This document shows, in pieces, positions 54,901-63,943 of a DNA stretch of 64,000 nt. The DNA lies in assembly GCA_947630745.1 (NCBI GenBank), contig CANRIT010000001.1:94732-158731 (forward strand), given 5' to 3'. The stretch comes from an uncultured Clostridia bacterium. Its GTDB lineage: Bacteria; Bacillota; Clostridia; Christensenellales; UBA1242. The translations under genes were made by a program, and so were the position numbers. The notes beneath the pieces are model-generated. The model was not told the DNA's origin, did not search any database, and saw only the letters and a list, made by a program, of their open reading frames with translations. Positions within the stretch are counted from its first letter, which is position 1, and every line of letters starts with the position of its first letter.

Positions 54901-57900
54901 GTGTATCTTTCGTTTGAAGTAAGCGCATCTTCTGCCACATCAATGTCTGTTACCTTTTTGCTTACCCTAACCACAATCTCTTTTGTTATGCCGTTGGAAA
55001 GTTCAACAATAAGTTTTGTTTCCCCACTAGACAGCGCGGTTATGGTCTTGGTTTTGTTGTTTACGCTTATAACCTTGTTTGGAGTAATGGAATCTTCCAT
55101 AAGCACAAATGCGGTGTTGGTTGTGTCTTTCGGCAACCAGCGTACAGGTTCAATCTGCTTTTGTTCGCCCACTTCCAAAACAAGGGTATCTTCAACATTA
55201 AGTGTGGCGTCAATTGCGTCTCCCGCAGTGTAGCGCAGGTGATAGATTGCAGTTGCGTTTCCGTCAAGCGAGTCAACTTGAATAACTGCGCTGCCCGCCT
55301 TGGTAAAGTAAATGCGCTTGCCAACTAGATATACCCAGTTGTTGCCCATGCCGTCAGTTGATGTCTGTTTAATAATTGAAATTTTAACATCAAGGTTTAT
55401 GGCAAAGTCTGGCTTAACTTCAAATTCTAGGTCAACATAATTGTTTGCGAATATATATTCGTTATCCACAAAATCCAAATCGCTTATTAGGTTAATCGAT
55501 TCAACAAGTTGGTTTACTGTTATCTGCATGCTGTAAGTTAAGGTTGCAGTTGAAATTTGAATGTTAACTTTGCCCGCGCCAGTTGTTTTTAAATATTTGC
55601 CATCAACCATTGCAACTTCTTGCCCGTCAACAATTGGACTGCTGTCTAATATTGAAATTGAATATTCTTCGCTTATATCAAACACCAAAATGTCGCCCTT
55701 GTTAACTGATATATTTTGCTCATTAGGCGAGATGCGTTTTGCGCTAGTTTCAATCTTTTCAATTGTAAAGTCAAGTTTAACATCTGGTTTTGCCAAGCAG
55801 TATGCAGTAATCTTTGCCACGCCGTTTTGTTTAAAGGTAAGCGTTGCGCCGTCAACTTCGGCAATATCTGTGTTGTTAACAACAAATTTAACCGCTTTGT
55901 TTGACGCATCTTCTGGCAAAACTGAGTACAAAAGTTCAATCGACTGTGTGGTGATTTGCGCGCCGTCTTGATTTACCACAATGCTTTCTGGCAACTTTTC
56001 CACCACTATGTTTACGCTGTATCTTAACCAGTGGCAGACATATATAACCACGGTTGCGCTTCCGCTTGTAAGTGCGGTAACTTTGTTGTTGTTAACTTCA
56101 ATAACATTTCCGTTTACAGTGGCGCGCTGGTTGGTGGTTTGCAGCGAAATTGTTGGGTCGGCTAAGTTAGATGGTATAATTTTATTTACCACAATTTCAA
56201 AACTTTCGCCCGCCATAATCTTTTGCGGAATGTCGCAAGTTGTTTGGTCTTTTATCGCTTTAAGTTCAGCATAAATTGGTTTTGAGCCAGTGTAGTAAAT
56301 TTCCACACTATTTTCAACATCATCTATGGTTGCGCTAAGTTTTATCACACCAACCTGCCTAAACACAATTTTGTTGCCAACAATTGATGCAAGGTTGTGG
56401 TCATCAATCGACCATACAATGGTTTGATTTGTTGCATCTGTTGGATAGATTTCGCCCGCAAATTCAACCTCTTTTTCCGCGGTGACATACTGGTTGTTGA
56501 AATAATCTAGTTTAAGGTTTATATCGATTTTTGTTACATCAACCTTAACATTAATGTTGCAAACTTCTTCCACCACATTGCCGTCATATAAGGTCATTTC
56601 CAATTTAACAGCGGCTTTTCCGCCACCAACTGCAACGATTTTGTTGTTTAAAATTTGAACAACTTCACCCTTGTGCATCCAAGGTGTGCTAGATAAAAGC
56701 GTAATTGTAAGCGGCAACACAGTTGCATTTTTTGGCGTGTAGGAGTAGTTTAAATTTATAACTTCACCAATTTTTACATCAACATCATGGTCAATCAAAT
56801 TAAAACTGCTTGCCATGTTGGCAGTGTATGTAACCTTGGTTGTGGTAAACACATTGCTGTTGTCTTCGTTTGCATAAATTTTTATTTCAACCGTGCAAGG
56901 CTGGTCGGTAGTAAATGTTACCAAGCCTGTTTCGTCAACCGTGGCAAGTGAAGAATATTGCTCATCTATATGGTAGAAATATTCTTCGTTAGTGGAATCT
57001 TCTGGCAGACTTGTTGGCTTTAATTGATAGGTGTTGGTTGCAGTAATTCCGTCTTCAATCTGCACACCAGTTGCCGGACTTTTTATCATAACAGGGATTG
57101 GAATTTCAATAACTTCATCCGCATTTTTGTGTACCCGTGCGCGAATGGTTGTTCCGCCACCCATATTAGCGTGTAGATATCGTTCGCTTACTATATAGGC
57201 AACATCTTCGTCATCCGACACAAATTCAACCTTGGTTTTGCTTATGTTGGTTGGGGTAAGGGTGTATTCCAAATACATATCCGCATCGCCAACCGTCATG
57301 CTTATATATGCAAAATTTACATCAAGCGAGTAGGCGTATCCGTCCGTGTAAATATATTTTATAACCTTACTAAATCCGCCGTCAACCGTGGTTATTGTAA
57401 CATTAACTTCGCCCGCTTGTTTAAAGGTGATTTGACCAGTTTGGCTAACAGAGGCTACAGACAAATTGTCCACTTCAAAATTAACCATGCGGTTTGTGGC
57501 ATTTTCTGGCTGAATCTGATAGTAAATCTGTTCGGTCGTCTGCGAGGTTACAATCGTGTCTTCTTCAACCGACAGCCCAGTAACCGGATTCCACACTTCC
57601 AAATCAAGCACGCCTTGCAGCCCGCCGTCTTCCGAGGTGGCGGTTATGGTTGCGTATCCTTCGCTTATGCCAGTTACCTTGCCGTTAGAATCCACTTCGG
57701 CAACGCTTGGGTTGTTGCTTACAAAGTTTACATGGTTGTTAACTGCTTCGTATGGCAACACGGTGGCGGTAAGTTGCAATGTTTTGTTTACATATACAAA
57801 ATTTTGTTTTGCGGTAAGCACCACTTGATGCACTTTGGTGTCGGTTACATAAAACGAGCATTCCGCATTTCTGTTGTTGTCTAAGGTGGTTACAGTAATG

Positions 57901-58187
57901 CGAACCTTGCCAATGCCAACAAAGTCCACACGGCCAGTATTGTCAACTGTGGCAACTTGTTCGTTATCGCTTGCCCAAACAACATCTTTGTTTGTGGCGG
58001 TTTCTGGCTGAATGTGGTAGGTTAAATATTCACTATCGCCCACATTTGCAATTTCGTAGTCCTGACTTAAAGTTATTTTATCAACTGCGATATTAACATC
58101 ACCGCGCACAGCAGTTGTTGTAAGGTTTACAATTATAACAACCACAAGCGGAATGGCGATCATTAAAAACATCATCAACTTTTTCAT
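51990..58187 (-). CDS. Giant surface protein (2065 aa): N-terminal signal/anchor, more than a dozen Big_2-type Ig-like repeats, C-terminal right-handed beta-helix (pectin-lyase-fold-like) region
   Basis: N-terminus MKKLMMFLMIAIPLVVVIIVNL. Recurrent ...P..ATN..V.W.S.N..VATVD..G.VT... units. The C-terminal ~350 aa carry repeated N/G-rich turns (VVDNVVLRGYG, LYNSRIENGHINV, CLFLNNALTGIRL, CIFSNSLLAGIIL). Confidence 0.8.
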   Translation of the reverse strand: MKKLMMFLMIAIPLVVVIIVNLTTTAVRGDVNIAVDKITLSQDYEIANVGDSEYLTYHIQPETATNKDVVWASDNEQVATVDNTGRVDFVGIGKVRITVTTLDNNRNAECSFYVTDTKVHQVVLTAKQNFVYVNKTLQLTATVLPYEAVNNHVNFVSNNPSVAEVDSNGKVTGISEGYATITATSEDGGLQGVLDLEVWNPVTGLSVEEDTIVTSQTTEQIYYQIQPENATNRMVNFEVDNLSVASVSQTGQITFKQAGEVNVTITTVDGGFSKVIKYIYTDGYAYSLDVNFAYISMTVGDADMYLEYTLTPTNISKTKVEFVSDDEDVAYIVSERYLHANMGGGTTIRARVHKNADEVIEIPIPVMIKSPATGVQIEDGITATNTYQLKPTSLPEDSTNEEYFYHIDEQYSSLATVDETGLVTFTTDQPCTVEIKIYANEDNSNVFTTTKVTYTANMASSFNLIDHDVDVKIGEVINLNYSYTPKNATVLPLTITLLSSTPWMHKGEVVQILNNKIVAVGGGKAAVKLEMTLYDGNVVEEVCNINVKVDVTKIDINLKLDYFNNQYVTAEKEVEFAGEIYPTDATNQTIVWSIDDHNLASIVGNKIVFRQVGVIKLSATIDDVENSVEIYYTGSKPIYAELKAIKDQTTCDIPQKIMAGESFEIVVNKIIPSNLADPTISLQTTNQRATVNGNVIEVNNNKVTALTSGSATVVIYVCHWLRYSVNIVVEKLPESIVVNQDGAQITTQSIELLYSVLPEDASNKAVKFVVNNTDIAEVDGATLTFKQNGVAKITAYCLAKPDVKLDFTIEKIETSAKRISPNEQNISVNKGDILVFDISEEYSISILDSSPIVDGQEVAMVDGKYLKTTGAGKVNIQISTATLTYSMQITVNQLVESINLISDLDFVDNEYIFANNYVDLEFEVKPDFAINLDVKISIIKQTSTDGMGNNWVYLVGKRIYFTKAGSAVIQVDSLDGNATAIYHLRYTAGDAIDATLNVEDTLVLEVGEQKQIEPVRWLPKDTTNTAFVLMEDSITPNKVISVNNKTKTITALSSGETKLIVELSNGITKEIVVRVSKKVTDIDVAEDALTSNERYTIVASAIPADATNATLAFELLPNDIATIEDNVLVFKKPGTVKVVVSSTDGSDVKKTISVTSTMGYLNKIELENSSLTLNKNQSTTLNVKAYPTDTQAKDIQYKILSSQAADGSDKEVIRLSADGTIEAIYGGKAKVRVFSHNYGGEEIFADCEITVLSPVESFDLTFDHKIDYYQSAYTTSKNEIGFTTRFVPEDALIRTLKFELSSDIAKVEGNKIVFNQIGRVTVKITSDDKSNGEISKTYTFYYAGNNLIEASLNELGIENGVIKLKAGENFKFNLSRTLPSDNDNLTFSIKNMFEAKVDVNKSVAHFDSDTIYADHGGNAIFDLYVNNLMLREISLVVTQDATDITIWGDTEIYISQQRYAIDATVYPSDSTQNKLGYSANGSEIAEVGANGVVVFKEFGTVKITVYVVSNPAISKTITIQYTKELKSIQFSATRDKMFVNEYVDLVVIPQPFDAEDFEYELFLEDNDIAKLEKRDEGYRLKGLNKQGGTVKVVAKVIGKDMSIEKEFTFYDKIKDIELTPSTSKDNFGMGGYRVFGNRFLDSSNKFINTYQMEAKTNPSNDLKNLLVWTSNNSQVATVDQNGLVTVLSPGKVTITVSQIAPYEDALVTSNSYTFTFVNGINVENFDQYVVAYAQLSEENKGKNENYTALVLQNDIIIEDTDDTKTVVILSNLYGNGYMLDHSKVAVGGLLYHFEINRNNLVVDNVVLRGYGLGEKDSLSTLKEKGTTLGITASTGVLLYNSRIENGHINVIVDRSVVEIKGCLFLNNALTGIRLEHNNDGPASVLTVEDCIFSNSLLAGIILNPKKNVSGQEDTLILKGTVRFYNWITLDDAVEGFTEDIEKLLKALGFDVLMPTLIRQVKDILSRQANMSFVYNDVNYYHLGVAKINIEDLKWGSSASYDRTELDPKCNYNDAYVSGIISLGVVSCKLEVRGITFTNNTPFIKPWEKYTDNQGILLGIRQPSRL

Positions 58188-58188
58188 A

Positions 58189-59796
58189 CTACACCTCTAT
58201 TGCCGCATAGCGTTTTTCCAGCTTGCGGAACAAGAACAAGGTTTCTAGCAGCACATATGGTACACCAAAGCCGAACAGCACCAAATACATGGCTGGCACG
58301 CCAACAAAGAATGACACAACAATTGAGCCAACCCCCATCAAAACCGAAATCACAAAGCCAATGCTTAGTGAAGAGGCGATGTTTTTGTTTGTGGTAACTT
58401 CGCCATTTTCCAAATAGTGGAACTGTGGGCGTTTTATGTCAATTGAAATTGATTTTGCAATGTTGCCAACTGCAATAAGGCTTACCGATATTGAAATCAG
58501 CAATGCTTGAAGGTAGGTTATAAACTGGGCAAACGCAAGCACAAAGCAAGATAAGAACACGGCTGGAATAGACACCAAAATGTGGATGAAAAATTTTACC
58601 CTTACTTGATTTGTAAATCGAACTGGCACAATTTTGGAAAGGTAAAAATTGTCACCCTCGCGCGTGATTGAGGTGGCGGAAAACGATGTCCCCATGCTTA
58701 AAAACATAATTATAACCAGCACAGCAATGCCGGGCAGAACAGCCGCTCCCATTGCCGACACCCCAATGTTGGATGCAATTTCACTTGAAAAGTACACCAT
58801 AAGCGGGGTGGTTAGCACCATGGTTAGATATTGGAACGAGTAGTTTGGTGAGCGGAATATGTTTTTAAATTCCTTAATCATCAGCGCGGTTTCTGGCTTT
58901 CTAAACACAACTTTGGTGGACTTTTTAAAGCTATGCTCATTCATTTCCACCGAAGACAAAATAATTTTAAGGTACGATTTGCTTGCAAAAAGATAAACGC
59001 ATCCGCCAAGCACAAGCGCAATGGCAAGGTTGTTTATTAAACTTTGCAAAAAGTGGTAGAATATTATGCAATTTTTTATTAGTTGTGGCAGATATAAATA
59101 ACTTGCAAACTGCTTTATTTTAAACATGGTTGCGTCAGAAAACACATCGTAAACTTGGCTGCTGTTAAGCGTGTTTAAAACAAATTTAAGCACAAATATG
59201 TACGCCATAAACGCAGCAGTAAGCACAACCAAATAAAAGGTAAGTATAATTAAATATTTATTTTTAAACAACCTTACCACAAACAGCACTGGGGCGGAAA
59301 GCAAAATTGCCACAAGGTAAGGGATTATTGGCATAAACAAAATGTTTGGCAAAATCATAACAAAGTACAGTGCGGATTGCATGGTTTTAACCCCAAACAT
59401 AATCAAAATTGGGGCGGCGATAACCAAAGTGAATGCAAACTCTTTAACATACAAATACAAAAATTTTGCACCAAATATCATGTTGCCGCTAACTGGCATT
59501 TTTAAAATTGAATGGTCGGTTTGAAGGTAAAGCGTTTTGATTGACGCGGTAAGCCCGTAAACCAACTGCACCGCCATAAGCAGCAAAACAAAATAGGTCA
59601 AAAATTCATGCTCCATGTTGCCTTGAATAAATATGTCAAGTATGCTGCTTAGTGCGTAAAGGAAAAAGGCAACAATAAGCCCAATGCCCAAAACCGAAAC
59701 AGCAATTTTTCTAAGTTGTGAAAAAAACCCATCATCTTTAGCACGTGGTGTGTTTGACAAAAATTCAAATTTAACTAGGGTTAAAAATTTTTTCAC
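58189..59796 (-). CDS. Large polytopic permease (putative ABC exporter membrane component, 535 aa)
   Basis: Many hydrophobic spans. It starts 1 nt after the ATPase stop and ends 1 nt before the giant gene's start. Confidence 0.65.
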   Translation of the reverse strand: MKKFLTLVKFEFLSNTPRAKDDGFFSQLRKIAVSVLGIGLIVAFFLYALSSILDIFIQGNMEHEFLTYFVLLLMAVQLVYGLTASIKTLYLQTDHSILKMPVSGNMIFGAKFLYLYVKEFAFTLVIAAPILIMFGVKTMQSALYFVMILPNILFMPIIPYLVAILLSAPVLFVVRLFKNKYLIILTFYLVVLTAAFMAYIFVLKFVLNTLNSSQVYDVFSDATMFKIKQFASYLYLPQLIKNCIIFYHFLQSLINNLAIALVLGGCVYLFASKSYLKIILSSVEMNEHSFKKSTKVVFRKPETALMIKEFKNIFRSPNYSFQYLTMVLTTPLMVYFSSEIASNIGVSAMGAAVLPGIAVLVIIMFLSMGTSFSATSITREGDNFYLSKIVPVRFTNQVRVKFFIHILVSIPAVFLSCFVLAFAQFITYLQALLISISVSLIAVGNIAKSISIDIKRPQFHYLENGEVTTNKNIASSLSIGFVISVLMGVGSIVVSFFVGVPAMYLVLFGFGVPYVLLETLFLFRKLEKRYAAIEV

Positions 59797-59797
59797 A

Positions 59798-60670
59798 CTA
59801 ATCCTTTTGTTTTCTATTTTTCTTTTTTGCCGGCTTAATTTCTTGCTCAGGTTCTACATCTTCTTGCAAATTTTTATCTATATCCAAATCGGTTGCCTTT
59901 TGCATGGCTTCAAATTTTTGGTCAGCCTCTTCATACTGGCTTGATTTGTTTTCTTTTAAATAAGTTAGGGTAAAAAAGTATTTTTCAAGCGATTTGCCCG
60001 TCTTTTTAAACTCGTTTAAATCAATAACTTCCAACAACTCACCCTTGCACATAATGCCAACGCGGTCGCACAACTTTTCCACCATATCGATGTTGTGTGA
60101 AGAGAAGAAAACTGAATTACCCAATTTTTTATGTTCAATCATGTAGTTTTTAATTTCGCCAATACTTTGCGGGTCAAGCCCAACAAGTGGTTCATCCAAC
60201 ACCCAAAAGCGTGGGTTATGGATAAGTGCCGCCATAATACAAATTTTTTGCTTCATCCCGTGCGAATATGACCGTATCTGTTTGTCAAGCGCGTGCGCCA
60301 TCGAGAATAGTTTAGAAAATTTTTCCATCCTTTCCTGTATCGTCTTTTTGTCTACGCCATAGATGTTGCCCATAAACACCACATATTCTCTACCCGTCAA
60401 ATTTTCGTACACGGCATGGTTGTCTGGCACATAGCCAATGTTAAGCTTTGCTTGCATGGGTTGCTTTTGAATGTCGTATCCGCAAACCGAAATTTCACCC
60501 TTTTCAAAAGGCAAAATTCCAGTTAAGCATTTAATGGTGGTGGATTTGCCCGCCCCGTTTTTGCCAATAAAACCAAAAATTTCACCATCTCTAATGGCTA
60601 AATTTACGTTTTGCACGCTGTATTTATCACTATTTTTGTATTTTTTGTATAAATTTTTTATTGTAAGCAT
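59798..60670 (-). CDS. ABC transporter ATP-binding protein with a ~50-aa charged C-terminal tail
   Basis: GKNGAGKSTT (Walker A), YSHGMKQK (signature), FWVLDEPL (Walker B). Confidence 0.88.
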   Translation of the reverse strand: MLTIKNLYKKYKNSDKYSVQNVNLAIRDGEIFGFIGKNGAGKSTTIKCLTGILPFEKGEISVCGYDIQKQPMQAKLNIGYVPDNHAVYENLTGREYVVFMGNIYGVDKKTIQERMEKFSKLFSMAHALDKQIRSYSHGMKQKICIMAALIHNPRFWVLDEPLVGLDPQSIGEIKNYMIEHKKLGNSVFFSSHNIDMVEKLCDRVGIMCKGELLEVIDLNEFKKTGKSLEKYFFTLTYLKENKSSQYEEADQKFEAMQKATDLDIDKNLQEDVEPEQEIKPAKKKNRKQKD

Positions 60671-60884
60671 CTAAACAACCTTTCAAGTTAGATATATTAT
60701 AACAAAGTATAATATAATTGTCAATAGCAAAAAGCAAATTTTTATTTTAATTTTATTAATAAAATTAATTTGCGTTTTAAACTAGCCCGTTTTGTGCATT
60801 TTGTCGAAATTTAATAGATTTGCGTTTTGCCGCTTTTTTGTTGCTTGCTGTTATTATTTTTGTGCGGTTTTAATACAATTAAAT

Positions 60885-61562
60885 ATGAATTTATCCAAAA
60901 AATGTAAAATAGGGATTGTGCTTTTTTGTCTGTTTGTTGCGGTGTGTGCTGGCATTTGTGTTACAAGCGTGGTGCAAACTTCATCCGCGCCAAAAAATGG
61001 GCAGGTAATTGTTATTGACTGCGGACATGGTGGAAGGGATGGCGGAAGTGTAGGGGTAGGGGGTACAATTGAAAGCGATATAAATTTGCGTTATGGCAAG
61101 GCGTTGGCGGACAAACTTAGCGCAAGTGGATTTAGGGTTGTTATGACGCGCAAGGATGAAAATGGATTGTATGATGTAAATGCAAAAAACAAAAAATTAA
61201 GCGACATGCAAAAGCGGATGGAGATAATAAAACAAGCCAATCCTGCGCTTGTTGTAAGCATACATATGAACAGTTTCCCGCTTAAAACAGCCAGCGGGGC
61301 GAACTGCTATTTTAGAAAGGGAGACAAGCAAGGCGAGCAGTGTGCAAACCTTATTCAGCATACCCTTAACGCCTATTGCGGCGCGCCAAACAAAGATGCC
61401 CGGGTGGGGGATTATTACATATTAAATTGCAGTTACTACACATCGGTGCTGGTGGAATGCGGATTTTTATCCAATCCAGAAGAAGAAAAGCTGCTAAATT
61501 CGCCCGAATATCAGCAAAAGGTGGTGTATTCAATCTACGCGGGAATAATGCTTTATTGCTAA
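60885..61562 (+). CDS. N-acetylmuramoyl-L-alanine amidase (Amidase_3, CwlD-like)
   Basis: TM anchor, then VIVIDCGHGGRDGGSVG...VSIHMNS...ECGFLSNPEE. Start set at ATG 60885. Confidence 0.82.
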   Translation: MNLSKKCKIGIVLFCLFVAVCAGICVTSVVQTSSAPKNGQVIVIDCGHGGRDGGSVGVGGTIESDINLRYGKALADKLSASGFRVVMTRKDENGLYDVNAKNKKLSDMQKRMEIIKQANPALVVSIHMNSFPLKTASGANCYFRKGDKQGEQCANLIQHTLNAYCGAPNKDARVGDYYILNCSYYTSVLVECGFLSNPEEEKLLNSPEYQQKVVYSIYAGIMLYC

Positions 61563-61763
61563 TTTTGATGTTGATTTATTGGCGTCTTGTTGTTAATTGT
61601 CTGGCAATTGTTTGACGATTTGATATTGATAAAAATTAAATAAAATTTTTTAAAATCACACAAAAATAAAAAAATTGATAAAAATTCATTAAACGTTTTT
61701 GCTTTAAAGTTGGTTTGCTGTTTTTTGCTTTTTAATTTTAGGTTGTAAATGCGCGTTAAACAT

Positions 61764-61792
61764 TTGCAATTTTTGTTTGGTTTGGGTATAAT
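61764..61792 (+). promoter_or_regulatory. Promoter TTGCAA-17-TATAAT, 6 nt before ATG 61799 (leaderless geometry)
   Basis: TTGCAA 61764..61769, TATAAT 61787..61792, ttagtt, ATG 61799. Confidence 0.55.
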
Positions 61793-61798
61793 TTAGTT

Positions 61799-62362
61799 AT
61801 GATTAAATTAGCGTTTGCTTTTATGCTTGTTAATGCGGTGTTTTATGCACTTAGTTTTTTTGCAAAAAGCAAGGTTGTGCTGCTGTTGTTGCAAATTGTG
61901 TCAAACATCTTTTTTGGCTTGCAATATCTTGTGCTAAAAGCCTACACTGGCGCAATTGTAATCGCGGTGGATACAGTGCGCATTTTGGCGTTTTTCTTTG
62001 TGGAAAAATTTAAAAACACAAACCTAACACGCACTGTGGTCGGCTTGTTCTTTATTATCGCGTGCATAATTTCCGCCGCCCTCACTTGGGATAGGTGGTT
62101 TAGCATACTCCCACTTTTGGCAACCACGCTGGCAATAGTTTCGCTTATGACTAACAACCTGCTGCTTATAAAAATTTTTGGACTAATTTCTTGCCCATTC
62201 CAAATGATTTATATGATTTTTATAAAAAGTTACTTCAACCTTATTGTTGAAATTTTCATCATAATTATGGAAACAATCGCAGTAACCATTGACATTGTAA
62301 AAATGAAAAAACAAAAGCGACAGTCCGCCTTACAAAATTTAAACCCCAAGAACCAAACCTAA
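61799..62362 (+). CDS. Small polytopic membrane protein (YgjV-like; tentative)
   Basis: 187 aa with ~5 hydrophobic spans. No catalytic motif. Confidence 0.5.
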   Translation: MIKLAFAFMLVNAVFYALSFFAKSKVVLLLLQIVSNIFFGLQYLVLKAYTGAIVIAVDTVRILAFFFVEKFKNTNLTRTVVGLFFIIACIISAALTWDRWFSILPLLATTLAIVSLMTNNLLLIKIFGLISCPFQMIYMIFIKSYFNLIVEIFIIIMETIAVTIDIVKMKKQKRQSALQNLNPKNQT

Positions 62363-62435
62363 TTTCGCTAAATTTTTGCCCAACCACTTGATTTATTGCA
62401 TCAAATCTGCTAAAATGATGCAAAAAGGAGATATA

Positions 62436-63479
62436 ATGAAGCAATTTAACTATGCCAAGTATAAGGATTTTCATTGGGATAACGAAATTTTAGGATACAT
62501 TTCACAAATCCACGAATATAAAGGGCAGTTATCCAACATAAAAATTAATTCTAACGCAAAAATTGGCAGACTTGTGGAAAGCGCAAAAATTCAAAGCGTG
62601 GTTTCGTCCAACAAAATTGAAGGAATTATTACAACTTCAACAAGGTTTTCACAAATTTTAACAAACGGAGCAGCCCCAAAAAATAGGGATGAAAAAGAAA
62701 TTCTTGGTTATCGTGATGTGTTAAATATGATAAACGAAAGTTATAACTACATTCCTGTTAAAAGCTCTTATATACTGCAACTGCACAGAGAATTGTTTAA
62801 ATACTCGCCAACATCAATTGGTGGCAAGTTTAAAAATGTGCAAAACTATATTTCGGAAACAAAAGCGGACGGCAACTCGGTTGTTAGGTTTCAGCCATTA
62901 GACCCGTTTGAAACGCCTGACGCGGTGGATAGATTGTGTGAAGAATTTAATATATTTTCAAGCAAGTTTTATGTTGAACCTTTAATTTTAATTCCTATTT
63001 TTATTTTGGATTTTTTATGCATTCACCCGTTTAATGACGGCAACGGCCGTTTAAGTAGATTGTTAACTTTGTTGCTGCTGTATAAATTTGATTACAATGT
63101 TGGCAAGTTTGTTTCTATAGAAAAAATTATTGAAGAAACAAAAACCGATTATTACAACGCCTTGCAATCCAGCTCGGTCAATTGGTTTGAAAACAAAAAC
63201 GACCCAACAAATTTTATAAAATATATGTTGCAAGTAATTTTAAAAGCGTATAAAGATTTTGCTTTAAAATCTAAAACTCTAACTGAAAACAAATCTGCTT
63301 TGTCCGCCGTGCAAGAAATTGTAAAAACTCAAATTGGCAAATTTACCAAAGCAAATATTTGCGAATTATGCCCAACTCTATCCGAAACAACAATTGAAAG
63401 GTGTTTAAAACAACTTTTGGATAAGGGTATAATAAAAAAACACGGTGAAAAAAGGTCAACTTATTACACAAGAAATTAA
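62436..63479 (+). CDS. Fic-family protein (AMPylase-type) with an N-terminal inhibitory motif and a C-terminal wHTH
   Basis: Fic motif HPFNDGNGRLSR. Upstream SNKIEG fits the (S/T)xxxE(G/N) autoinhibition motif. Start set at ATG 62436 after AAAGGAG. Confidence 0.85.
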   Translation: MKQFNYAKYKDFHWDNEILGYISQIHEYKGQLSNIKINSNAKIGRLVESAKIQSVVSSNKIEGIITTSTRFSQILTNGAAPKNRDEKEILGYRDVLNMINESYNYIPVKSSYILQLHRELFKYSPTSIGGKFKNVQNYISETKADGNSVVRFQPLDPFETPDAVDRLCEEFNIFSSKFYVEPLILIPIFILDFLCIHPFNDGNGRLSRLLTLLLLYKFDYNVGKFVSIEKIIEETKTDYYNALQSSSVNWFENKNDPTNFIKYMLQVILKAYKDFALKSKTLTENKSALSAVQEIVKTQIGKFTKANICELCPTLSETTIERCLKQLLDKGIIKKHGEKRSTYYTRN

Positions 63480-63493
63480 AAAATGGGGAGAAA

Positions 63494-63943
63494 ATGGATT
63501 TAACTTTTAATAAATATGGCATAACTTTCACTTTGCCAGAAAATTGTATTTATTACAACAAAAACGATGTGTGCAAAATCATAAATTTTACACCCGAGCA
63601 AAAGCGTAGATGCCTTTTTGTGGCAAGCGAGCCGCTGGATAAAAATTTTGTTATTGTTTCCGCGCTTGCAAAAAATGTTGACATGGCCGATTATGCAGAA
63701 ATGTTGCAAGAATTTAGCGCAGGTTTAACTTCTGGCGGCGCAACGATTGTTAAAACAGAAAAACTTGTTTCAAACGATAATAGGATTATTGATTATTTTA
63801 TTTCCACCTCAAACGGAACAAATTTAATCAACATATTTATTTTGGTAGACGGCTATCTTTTCAGCTGCAACGCAATGGCAGACAAAAACTATTATAACAC
63901 CTTTAATTTTGCGCTAAATTTGATGAAATCCGCAACCTTCTAA
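63494..63943 (+). CDS. Hypothetical protein (149 aa) immediately downstream of fic
   Basis: ORF with GGGGAG before the ATG, 14 nt after the fic stop. No motif recognised. Confidence 0.5.
   Translation: MDLTFNKYGITFTLPENCIYYNKNDVCKIINFTPEQKRRCLFVASEPLDKNFVIVSALAKNVDMADYAEMLQEFSAGLTSGGATIVKTEKLVSNDNRIIDYFISTSNGTNLINIFILVDGYLFSCNAMADKNYYNTFNFALNLMKSATF

Noticed and set aside
46785-58187. Internal repetitiveness of the giant genes as an assembly artefact or DNA-level tandem repeat
   Set aside because: The repeats are conserved at the protein-motif level but diverged at the nucleotide level, with no long identical DNA blocks. Both frames stay open for 5.2 and 6.2 kb, consistent with genuine multi-domain proteins.
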